Source: Schmidtea polychroa (Eukaryota). From it: a stretch of DNA of 64,000 nucleotides. The notes under the pieces were generated by a model. That model saw nothing but the letters and a program-made list of their open reading frames with translations, did not search any database and was not told the DNA's origin. Positions 50,578-64,000 of the stretch are shown piece after piece; position 1 is the stretch's first letter; each line of letters starts with the position of its first letter. The stretch lies in assembly GCA_044892525.1 (NCBI GenBank), contig CM097885.1, positions 10,914,001 to 10,978,000 of the forward strand, given 5' to 3'. Made by a program: the position numbers and the translations under genes.

Positions 50578-51588
50578 ATGAGTTCTTATATTCCATGTAA
50601 TAGAGGTGGTGGAACAATAAAAACAGGGTTTAATACAGAAGAAATATTAACTTTAACAGAAAATAAATATATCAATGAAAGAGGTGATTCAATGAAGGGT
50701 GATTTAATTTTAAATGGACACAAGATAAAAGAATTATCTTTTCCAACTGATGAAGCTGATGCAGTTAATAAAAAATATGTTGATGGTGTTAAAAATTATA
50801 CTGATTTAACAACAACAAGAATTGAAAGTTCATTAACAACAAAAATGGATTCAATGGAATCAAAGCTTAATAATATCGAACAACGATTTAATGATAAATT
50901 TGACAAGTTATAAAGTCTGTTAACTGAACAAGTTGTAAAGTTAAATACTGCTATATTAAATTCTAAAGATAAACAAATTATGAATACTAAATTTAATACA
51001 ATATATAAAATAATAAATGAGATGATTACATCATTTAATAAAAGAATTTCAAATTTAGAATCTCATACAACACACATTAACACCACACATAGTATTAGAA
51101 AAAGATCTGCTGAATTAGAACAGAATAAAACATTATTACCCCATACATATAAACATTTTATAGAACCAAGTTTAATAACAACAAACAGTAAAGAATGGGG
51201 TGTTTTTATGATTGTAAAAATTATTGATCCTTATTTCTTTTTGTTTGATGATGATAATGAAAGAATGAAATGGTTTGTGAAATGTGATTATAATAGTAAG
51301 CTTGAAAAGGGTGATGTTATAATGACTAGTTATGATTTACCACACGGAGATTGGTATGTTAATACTCATTCACATGGACTACATAAAGTTAAAAGTAAGA
51401 ATATTCATTTTTCTAGTTCACTTGTACAATATATAGATTTAATATTTTATGAAAAAAAGGTTGATGTTGATGAAGTTCGTAAAGCATTGAGAGAATTGTA
51501 TAAAGACATCCTCTCAACAAGAGTTTCTTTTGATATCCGAGTATTGGTACCAGATGGTGCTCAGAAGAATAAAGTCTTATTTTTTTAA
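50578..51588 (+). pseudogene. Fibre/spike-like protein with premature TAA at 50911-50913
   Basis: ORFs 50578-50913 and 50980-51588 share a frame with an open linker. GDSMKGDLILNGHKIKEL..P....DAVNKKYVD fibre-neck motif, then coiled coil, RKRS, and a globular C-terminus. Confidence 0.6.
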
Positions 51589-51596
51589 TTATTAAA

Positions 51597-52193
51597 ATGA
51601 AAGAAGTAAGAGAAGAAAAAATTTACCCAGAATTGAGATCATCAGAATATTATTCTTCCAAGGCCTCGGCTCCCACAGAACTTGAAATTATGAGAGTAAA
51701 AGAATTTAAATCAGAAACCTTACATTTACAAGATTTATTAAAGCATTATAAAAAAATTAAAAATAGATGGAATAAAGGGAATACAGTTTTAAAAGTTATA
51801 GGTTATTCTTTAGGATTTGCATCTGCAATATTAACAGTTATTTTACCCATAACTTTACCAGTTGTTACTCTTGCACCTGTAATACTTGGAAGTATTTCTG
51901 TGGCTGATGGTTTCTTAACTGAAATAGTTTCATTATCTTATACTTCTAAAAAGAAAAGTTTATATAGAGAAGTTTGTTTATCAATAGAATTAGGAATCTC
52001 TAAATTATTTTTATTTCAATTAAAAGCTTTGGAAGATGGAATCCTGACAGACGAAGAAATAATGAAATCAAATCAAATAATACAAGATATAAAGAATGAG
52101 GTTATAAGATTAAAAAGGGAGGGCATGGTGGCTAATGTTATAAGTAATAAAAAAACATCTCGAGAAAAATGGTTAAAGAATTCTTACTTATAA
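51597..52193 (+). CDS. Two-TM membrane protein with N-terminal YPEL and ASAP motifs
   Basis: Hydrophobic hairpin VIGYSLGFASAILTVILPITLPVVTLAPVILGSISVA; 198-aa intact ORF. Confidence 0.7.
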   Translation: MKEVREEKIYPELRSSEYYSSKASAPTELEIMRVKEFKSETLHLQDLLKHYKKIKNRWNKGNTVLKVIGYSLGFASAILTVILPITLPVVTLAPVILGSISVADGFLTEIVSLSYTSKKKSLYREVCLSIELGISKLFLFQLKALEDGILTDEEIMKSNQIIQDIKNEVIRLKREGMVANVISNKKTSREKWLKNSYL

Positions 52194-52287
52194 AATGGGT
52201 GTATTTTTAAAAAAGTAGATCAGGTTGCTATAGTTGCTTAAATTAATTGTCGACATTTTATTATTAAAAAATTAAATATCGTTGGTT

Positions 52288-52842
52288 TCAGTTATGGTTG
52301 AAAGCCAACCTATGAATCATTAATTTATGATCTTTAAATTCTTTATCACTTAGACCTTTTATATATTCAGGATCAGTATTAAAATATTTAAGTTCTAAAC
52401 ATATAGGATTAAAAACTTGAGAATATAAAGGTTTCTCGATTTCTCTCTCGGGATAAATAATTTCAACATTATAAATATCAAGATTAGTAATCTTTGTATC
52501 ATATAACTTATTCAACTTTTCTAGATTTTTTATTATAGGGATTAAATTATTTCCAATAGGTAGAGTTGTCTTTAAGTCACTTAGTATGAATCTCTTATCA
52601 TCATAATTTGATAATAATATTTTTTGAGATTCTATCAAGTGAATATCATGGTTTTCACTTTTAAGTTGATGTATTTCATCAATTTTATCTTTATGATTTG
52701 GATTCAATGTATCTATATAATCTTGATGAGAAAGATTCTTTGCAACCACTCTCTGTATTCCTTTACATCTGTTATCCTTTAAATTAGTAATATTTTTTAT
52801 AATTTCAAAAATGTTATTTTCTTGATTTTTAGTTTCCATCAT
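52288..52842 (-). CDS. Stand-alone paralogue of the pPolB C-terminal (thumb + tail) region
   Basis: CKGIQR..HQDY..L..LKSENH..KILLSNYDDKRFILSDLKTTLPIG closely matches the adjacent pPolB end; own ATG, intact frame. Confidence 0.75.
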   Translation of the reverse strand: MMETKNQENNIFEIIKNITNLKDNRCKGIQRVVAKNLSHQDYIDTLNPNHKDKIDEIHQLKSENHDIHLIESQKILLSNYDDKRFILSDLKTTLPIGNNLIPIIKNLEKLNKLYDTKITNLDIYNVEIIYPEREIEKPLYSQVFNPICLELKYFNTDPEYIKGLSDKEFKDHKLMIHRLAFNHN

Positions 52843-52866
52843 TTTATAGTGTTAAAATTCTAATTC

Positions 52867-53338
52867 TTAGACCAGTCGTAATTGATTTATAATTATTTCT
52901 GCAGTAATGCTTTTTAACATTAATTTATGTGATTTAAAGTCTTCTGGTGTTAGTCCTTGGATATATTCAGGATCAGTATTAAAATATTTAAGTTCTATAG
53001 GTTTTATATTTTGAACTTGATTATATAAAGGTTTAGGAATTAATATTTCAGGATATTGGATTTCTACTTTAGCAAGTTGAAGGTCTGTAATCTCTAGGTT
53101 ATAAATTTCATTTATTTTATCAAGATTTTTTATTATAGGGATTAAATCATTTCCAATAGGTAATGTTGTCTTCAAGTCAGAAAGTATAAATCTTTTATCA
53201 TCATAATTTGTTATAGCAATCTTGTTACACTCTTCAAGATATATATTATGTTTCTCTGATTTAAGATGATGGGTTTTAGCAATTTTATTTTTATAATTTA
53301 TATTTAATGAATCTTTATACTCTTGATGTGTGAAGGTT
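52867..53338 (-). pseudogene. polB: 3' end of element A protein-primed DNA polymerase B, cut by element B
   Basis: Open frame from the junction: TFTHQEYKDSL..LKSEKHNIYL..KIAITNYDDKRFILSDLKTTLPIG..*. Confidence 0.8.
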
Positions 53339-54165
53339 AGTAGTAAGATGTGTCACCTCCAGGACATGTCACCTCCAGGACACATATATATAAGTAGGTC
53401 AAGTTAAAATTAAGTAGATCAAGTTAAAATTATGTAGGTCACGACTATATAGGTATTAAAATATGTAGGTCAAGTTACTTTAAATATATGTTACCTCCAG
53501 GACACTATATAAATAAATAAGTCAAATTAAGTAGGTCACGACTATATAGTTTATAAAAAATATGTAGATCAAGTTATTTTTAACATGTATCCCTATAATA
53601 TATACATCATTCAAAAGATATTTGAGAGTAGAGTACAATGATCATACCTTCAAAGGTGTATGGTGAATCCCTAACCTTCAAAAGGTGCAAAACCCTCGAA
53701 TTTTTTCAAACTCTATAATACATGTCATTCAAAAGGTAATTGAGATGTGAGTATGATGGTCATACAATCAAAGGTGTATGGTGAGTCCTTCACCTTCAAA
53801 GGGTCAAAAAATTTCGAATTTTTTCAAACTTTATAATATATATACATCATTCAAAAGGTATTTGAGAGTAGAGTGTGATGGTCAAACCTTCAAAGATGTA
53901 TGGTGAGTCCTTACCCTCAAGTGTCAAAAACTTTGATTTTTATTCAAACTGTAAATTGATCATTTCAACAAATCTTTCAATCCCCAAAATAAATTTCCCA
54001 ACTCAAAAATTTCCCAAATTTTAAAAATTCCCAAAAACAATTTTCCCAACTCAAATTTTTTCAAAAATTAAAAAGTCCCAAAAATGAAATTCCCCAAATT
54101 TCCCAACTCAAAATTTTTCAAATTTTAAAAAGTTTTCAAAACTATTTTCCCAAATTTTCCAACTA
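53339..54165. repeat. Left terminal region of B: 16-bp tandem, AAGTAGGTCAAGTTA repeats, three ~120-bp tandem units (53600-53950), TTTCCCAA repeats
   Basis: Direct reading, e.g. CATTCAAAAG.TA.TTGAGA....G.TCA.AC..TCAAAG.TGTATGGTGA.TCC three times. Confidence 0.85.
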
Positions 54166-54434
54166 AATAGTAAAAGAATGTTTTACAATTTTTTTTTTCC
54201 TCGAATACATCAAACCAAAAATTTAACAAGGTTCGTCACACAAATCTAATTTTGAAATCAAACAAATGAATTTAATAAAAATTAAAATCATCGACATACA
54301 CAACAGCCGTTCGCCCGCCCGCCCGCCGCCCGCCGCCGCCCGCCCCGAAGGGGCTGGCGCGGTAGTTTGTAAATTTGGTTTAGTTTGAATATTATTTTGA
54401 GTATTAATAACAAAGGTAAAGAAATAAATATTTA

Positions 54435-54992
54435 TTAAATGTATATAGTATGATACTCATTAATATACATTGAACATGCTTTACATTTGCGAACATTTGA
54501 ATCATGGCATTTAGAACATACAATTACATGTCCGCAAGGTAAAAACAAAACCGATACTTGATTTTCTTTACAAATGTAACAAGTTAAATACATTTTCCTA
54601 CCATCATTGAGTTTTTTCCTTAGCTTATTTTCAATCAATTCGGATTTCGATATCCATTCATAAATCAATCTACTACTATATCCTGGTTCCAGCCTTAAAT
54701 CCATACAATTCCAAAAGCATTCATTCAATGAATCATTATCTACTATTGCTTTGTCTAAATGCATCAAATAAATCGATAACTTCAAAATGCATTTATTGTA
54801 ATTAAATAAATCAATCAAATATCCAATGGAGGAATGTTTGAAAATTTCTAAAATTTTTATGGTTTCCTTTTCAGTGAGAGTATCATAATTGTTCATAAAA
54901 TCTTCAACGGTGCAGTTTAAAAACTTGAATGATCTCGTGGTCATCAGTAATTTCTTAATAAATTTATGAAAATACTTATATTCTGCACACAT
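54435..54992 (-). CDS. RING-finger (IAP-type C3HC4) putative E3 ubiquitin ligase
   Basis: C-terminal CYICKENQVSVLFLPCGHVIVCSKC....KCKAC; no BIR motif visible. Confidence 0.85.
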   Translation of the reverse strand: MCAEYKYFHKFIKKLLMTTRSFKFLNCTVEDFMNNYDTLTEKETIKILEIFKHSSIGYLIDLFNYNKCILKLSIYLMHLDKAIVDNDSLNECFWNCMDLRLEPGYSSRLIYEWISKSELIENKLRKKLNDGRKMYLTCYICKENQVSVLFLPCGHVIVCSKCHDSNVRKCKACSMYINEYHTIYI

Positions 54993-55355
54993 TTATAAGA
55001 GATACATTAAAACAACTCATTTATTAAACAAGAAAATAATTTAAAATCAATAATGGTAATTTTAAGGATTATCTTCGATAGATTTTATTGAATAATGGTT
55101 CATTAAAAAGGTCTTGAAGAGCTCTATCCAATGGTTATATATTTGAAGATATAATGTTTGTGCACAATATAGTAAGTATTATTATTTTTATTATTATTTT
55201 TATTAACAAACTACATTCTAATAAAATACTTTTACACATCAAATTATTAAAAAAAAAAAAAAAAAAAAGAAAACCGATAATTATAAAACGAAAAAGAGAC
55301 TTTACAATAATTTCTATTTTACAAAAATTCAAACAAGTCCGATCACAGAATTAAA

Positions 55356-60189
<4,834 letters not shown>

Positions 60190-60353
60190 TTTAAAATTGT
60201 AATAAAATAATTATGATGAAATTTGTATTACAATTGTTTATAACGTGATAATATGCCTTTGTTAATCATGCACGGAGCATGCACCGTTCATGACGGACTT
60301 TGTTATTATTGTAATAATATAAAACATAATAATAATTATAAAAATAATAAAAC

Positions 60354-60415
<62 letters not shown>

Positions 60416-60466
60416 ACATAATAATAATTATAAAATAATAAAAACACATTTTTATAAAAACATTTA

Positions 60467-60843
60467 TTATTTAATAGACATAAGCCATCCTAAACAATGT
60501 TGTCCGCACGTACGAGTTAAAGGGTGTTGATACATTGTTTTATTATATACAATAGGTTTGCCCATTGTTTGTAGTTTCGAAACCAATAAAGCAGGATAAT
60601 AGAAACCCATAGGATCGAATACATGTATCTTATCTGGTTTCATATAGATTGCAATCCAATGCTCTCCGCCGAGATGAGATGAATGGGTATTGACGATTAT
60701 GGCTTGATTATTTTTCAAAAATGGTATTTTATCGAGAGGAAAAACTCCTAAAAATTCATTTCCTAATATTTGTTTTCCAATTCGATTAACCTGAACAGAA
60801 CTATTTTAATAAATTAAACAGTATAAAAAACAACTTACTCCAT
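60467..60843 (-). CDS. Adenain-like protease of element B, 2 exons (60843-60839, 60800-60467), 112 aa
   Basis: ATGGA|GTAAGT...AAATAG|TTCT gives MDSVQV..FLGVFPLD..IVNT..GEHWIA..FDPMG..YQ....TCGQHC. Confidence 0.85.
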
Positions 60844-60870
60844 GACAACTTTCTGTATTTCTGTATACAT

Positions 60871-62094
60871 TTATACCAGAACCGTTCTATTTGCAGTAAT
60901 TTGAACTTCATTTTCAAATACTCCATATATTATAACATGCACAGGTTCTGTAATAGCTTTTGCAAACTTTATATCTAATCGTAAATTTCCATTTTGAGGT
61001 AATTGACTCTGATTCAAATCAAAATCTGGGGCCAAAACAAATGTAAAGAATGGATATTTGGTTTTGAATTCTTCAAGAGTTATGCCGCAATTCAAATTTT
61101 TATCTAAATATCCCATATTTCTAACAATACTCTGCATATATGTAGCACAGTAATTGTCACTATCGAAATCTTGAGTATATGTTTCTCGATAATCAGTATT
61201 TTTCGACAAAGTTAGAGATGTAACACCAAAGGTTTTGAAAATTGAGCTTGAGGCACTATATGAACCATTATATTGTGCTTCACCTTGAAATGTTACCAGA
61301 ATAAAGTTTGGCATTCTTCTATCTCCAAATATTTGTTCCTTATAGAAGGAAGAAGCACCTTTGGCTATTGCAAATGAAACAATTTCTTTTGTTTTCAGAG
61401 GATAGATTGCATGCTTAGAATTAAGACCCAACTGATGACCTGCTAATACCGACGGATCAACTCGAACTCTTCTTACTAGTAATTTTGCATCAACTAATTG
61501 ACATATTGGTTGACCAGCACCACTAGTTAATGATAAAGAAGAATCGGTTCTTTTCAGTCTAATGTGTACATTGACTCCTGGAAGTAAATATTTTGGTTGA
61601 TCTATAAAATCGAGTTGTAATGATGAACACATGGTGAAAATCTTTGAGCCTTTAATCCATTTTTTCCGTTCGTCATCAGTTGCTGCATAACCCATAGGAG
61701 TAAGACATGTATTTTTGGTGTCGGTATTATAATTTAAAATAGTTTCTATTATCGCCTTGTGGATATATGTATTGTTGCCACCTTCAATCTTGATATTATT
61801 AAATCCAAGAATAGCATCTTTAAAAAGTGTATGAAACAAAAAATTATTAGGTATTGTAGCATCAGCATCACCCAAAGCCTTTTTATCTGTATCTATAACC
61901 TTGATTTGAACAATCAATAAAGTATCATTCAAATCTAAATATTCTGTTTGAGAACCATTGATGTAAAATTCTACATCATTTCTACTATCGGTAATTGAAT
62001 TCATAGGAAAAACTTCCTCAAATGCCCCAAATTCTATTACAGCCTGGGGCGATGGTCTATCAAATATACATAATTCAGATTTACCACAAATCAT
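60871..62094 (-). CDS. Major capsid protein of element B
   Basis: KSELCIFDRPSPQ (SELxxF..P.Q), YLDLNDT, NNFLFHTLF, QPKYLLPGV; 407 aa. Confidence 0.9.
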   Translation of the reverse strand: MICGKSELCIFDRPSPQAVIEFGAFEEVFPMNSITDSRNDVEFYINGSQTEYLDLNDTLLIVQIKVIDTDKKALGDADATIPNNFLFHTLFKDAILGFNNIKIEGGNNTYIHKAIIETILNYNTDTKNTCLTPMGYAATDDERKKWIKGSKIFTMCSSLQLDFIDQPKYLLPGVNVHIRLKRTDSSLSLTSGAGQPICQLVDAKLLVRRVRVDPSVLAGHQLGLNSKHAIYPLKTKEIVSFAIAKGASSFYKEQIFGDRRMPNFILVTFQGEAQYNGSYSASSSIFKTFGVTSLTLSKNTDYRETYTQDFDSDNYCATYMQSIVRNMGYLDKNLNCGITLEEFKTKYPFFTFVLAPDFDLNQSQLPQNGNLRLDIKFAKAITEPVHVIIYGVFENEVQITANRTVLV

Positions 62095-62453
62095 TTTGCA
62101 AATATAGTTCCATGTCCTTTCATTCGTTTGTTTATACGTGATATTCCATGTCTTTTACGTTTTGGAGCTGGACCTGGAGGCGTATCTTTTTGAAACATAC
62201 CTGCAACCCCTGGTAAAACTTTCCCTAATTCAGCTAAAGCATTTGTTTTTAGAGATGGTAATATTTTCTGTTCATTCATAATAACATCTTTTGCAGTTTT
62301 CATACCAAAACTACCAATACGTTTAAGAATAGGCAATGCAAATCTACCAATTGTTCTCAACCATCCCGATCCGTACTGTTTACCAATAAAATATGGTAAT
62401 TCACCGCCAGATTGGCTATCACTATACATACTAATAATATCAGAATTAGCCAT
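62091..62453 (-). CDS. Basic core-like protein (QxGxG family)
   Basis: QSGGELPYFIGKQYGSGW..IGRFALPILK; K/R-rich C-terminus; located between penton and MCP. Confidence 0.65.
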   Translation of the reverse strand: MANSDIISMYSDSQSGGELPYFIGKQYGSGWLRTIGRFALPILKRIGSFGMKTAKDVIMNEQKILPSLKTNALAELGKVLPGVAGMFQKDTPPGPAPKRKRHGISRINKRMKGHGTIFAK

Positions 62454-63489
62454 CTACTTTACGAAAATGTAATGTCAAATGAGTTTTTGAACCTTTTGGA
62501 AAGTTTATAAGTTTTCCACTATCATCACGAATATTTATTTCTATATTGTTTATACATGAACTTGCTATTGGTAAATACATGGGATTATCGATATTTATAT
62601 TGACAACTTCATCATGTTCATATTTTCCAATCCATACCGATTTCAAAAGAGGAACACTGGAATCACCAACAATTATGGGCTCGATAATGTTAGTATATAT
62701 GAACATTTGTTGATGATGTTCTAGTATTCTTGGTTTGCGTATACCAGTCGATTTTTCTCTATATATTTGCTTATCTAATCCAAGTGAATTTGCCAAATTT
62801 TTATCAAATGTAACTTCGCAAATATCCTCATTCAAACTGAAGGTAAACATCAAATCTTTCACAATTTCCAAATTTTTAAATATGTGTGAACAATTGAACT
62901 TTAAATATTTAAGTAATACATCAAGTTTATCAAAATATAATTCATCAGCAAAGATGAATGATTCTTCAACTTCATCGTTATACGACACAGATATTTTGAT
63001 TTCTTCTTTCACTATACTGTTTGCTTCAAATAGATTAAAACGTAATAAATACTCGGTCTCCATAACAATATTTTTCAGCTTATTGCAACCCATTCGTTTG
63101 GCATCTTCAATAGTTTCGAATGTTATTGTAAATGGTTTAAAATCACAACTGATATTTAATCCATTCTTGTAAAATATATAGCAATGCGAATCTAATATTT
63201 GGTTCAGAATATGATATGTTTTATCATAATTACTAATAATAAAGATACCGCTACATGTTTTCACAATATTCCTTTTGAAATCAATCTTACATTGACTATA
63301 AAATGGGAATGTGTTGTACACGAATGTAAAATCTTGCAGTGCAACTTCCCAGTCACCATTTAAAGAAATCGGATTCTGGAGATTGACCATAAATTTACTG
63401 GCTTGATTGTCTGGATGAATTAATGGGCAACTATTGCTCGGTAAAATAGTATAAAAATTCACTTTACTAGGTCCTTTGCTGATATCCAT
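62446..63489 (-). CDS. Minor capsid (penton-like) protein of element B
   Basis: FYTILPSNS...HPDN..S.F...L...L.GDWEVAL, FIYTNIIEP.IVGD..VPLL, LTLHFRK. Start placed at MDISKG. Confidence 0.85.
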   Translation of the reverse strand: MDISKGPSKVNFYTILPSNSCPLIHPDNQASKFMVNLQNPISLNGDWEVALQDFTFVYNTFPFYSQCKIDFKRNIVKTCSGIFIISNYDKTYHILNQILDSHCYIFYKNGLNISCDFKPFTITFETIEDAKRMGCNKLKNIVMETEYLLRFNLFEANSIVKEEIKISVSYNDEVEESFIFADELYFDKLDVLLKYLKFNCSHIFKNLEIVKDLMFTFSLNEDICEVTFDKNLANSLGLDKQIYREKSTGIRKPRILEHHQQMFIYTNIIEPIIVGDSSVPLLKSVWIGKYEHDEVVNINIDNPMYLPIASSCINNIEINIRDDSGKLINFPKGSKTHLTLHFRKVDG

Positions 63490-64000
63490 GACGGGTTTTG
63501 ATAACCATGCCATTTGACATAGTATTGTTTATCCTTGCCGACCTTTTTAGTTTTCAATAATTTTTGAATTCTAAATACCTTTGGAGGAGGAATGACTTGT
63601 AATTCCTGCTCATAAAATTTCCCTTGTACAATATTATTATCACTGTCTTTGATGACATACATTACAGGATTCTGTTTAGTATTTATTTTTGAAATTACAA
63701 AGACTTCATCACTCCAATTTGTATCAAAATTTTTAATAAATGGTGATGCACTAATTTTACTAATTCTAACATGATCACCGACTTTATATTTAGGTTTTGC
63801 AATTTTTACAGATTTCTAAGAATAGAATGTTTTTGATGTAATATCAACCGGTCTTAATCCATTCAGTCCTCGGTGTGATGAATGATTATAACTTGTTATT
63901 ATTTTCGGTAAAGCATTTACCCATTTTTTATTACCTTGATACACGAACAATTTCTTTAATCTATCTCTCAATGTTCGATTAAATCTTTCAACATGGGCAG
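63459..64000 (-). pseudogene. 3' part of integrase with C-terminal chromodomain; in-frame TAG at 63816-63818
   Basis: AHVERFNRTLR, YNHS.H, KYKVGDHVRI, NWSDEVF, FYEQELQ, then chromodomain FRIQKLL..YYVKWHGY..SW. Confidence 0.85.

Larger units (their letters stand above)
42608..53338. mobile_element. Polinton/Maverick (adintovirus-like) element A; left boundary tentative, right part displaced by element B
   Basis: Compact gene cluster MCP, integrase, ATPase, protease, penton and pPolB C-terminus. Candidate terminus AGTAATTCCGAG at 42608. Confidence 0.9.

Noticed and set aside
53600..53950. Regularly spaced repeats resembling a CRISPR array
   Set aside because: Whole ~120-bp units are repeated with no unique spacers; no cas genes; eukaryotic Polinton subterminal repeat.

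Overview
Very AT-rich eukaryotic (metazoan) genomic DNA. Short ~46-nt introns, (AAT)n tracts and the TE content suggest a flatworm/planarian-like host, but that is inference. One host gene is visible: an ACBD3/GCP60-like Q-domain + GOLD gene (+, exons 8908-30032) whose large introns are filled with decayed Merlin, piggyBac, pogo, Penelope, Helitron and hAT fragments. Also present are two degenerate Ty3/Gypsy elements and a near-intact hATm transposon with an 8-bp TSD. The right third holds two different Polinton/Maverick (adintovirus-like) endogenous viruses. Element A (~42608-53338) carries MCP, a zinc finger-PLA2-integrase fusion, packaging ATPase, core protein, protease, penton, fibre-like and membrane proteins, and a pPolB 3' end. 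Element B (53339->64000) is inserted into A's pPolB gene. The terminus of a third related Polinton (C) occupies 1-2750. Main observations: (i) B's pPolB and protease genes appear spliced, with a run of frame-symmetric phase-1 mini-exons; (ii) A carries two tandem tRNA-like Pol III genes reminiscent of adenovirus VA RNAs; (iii) A has a PLA2-integrase fusion, a stand-alone duplicate of the pPolB C-terminus and a membrane protein with late-domain-like motifs; (iv) a hairpin array with a compensatory base change lies at 36.9-40.3 kb. All family assignments are by eye from motifs; no searches were run.
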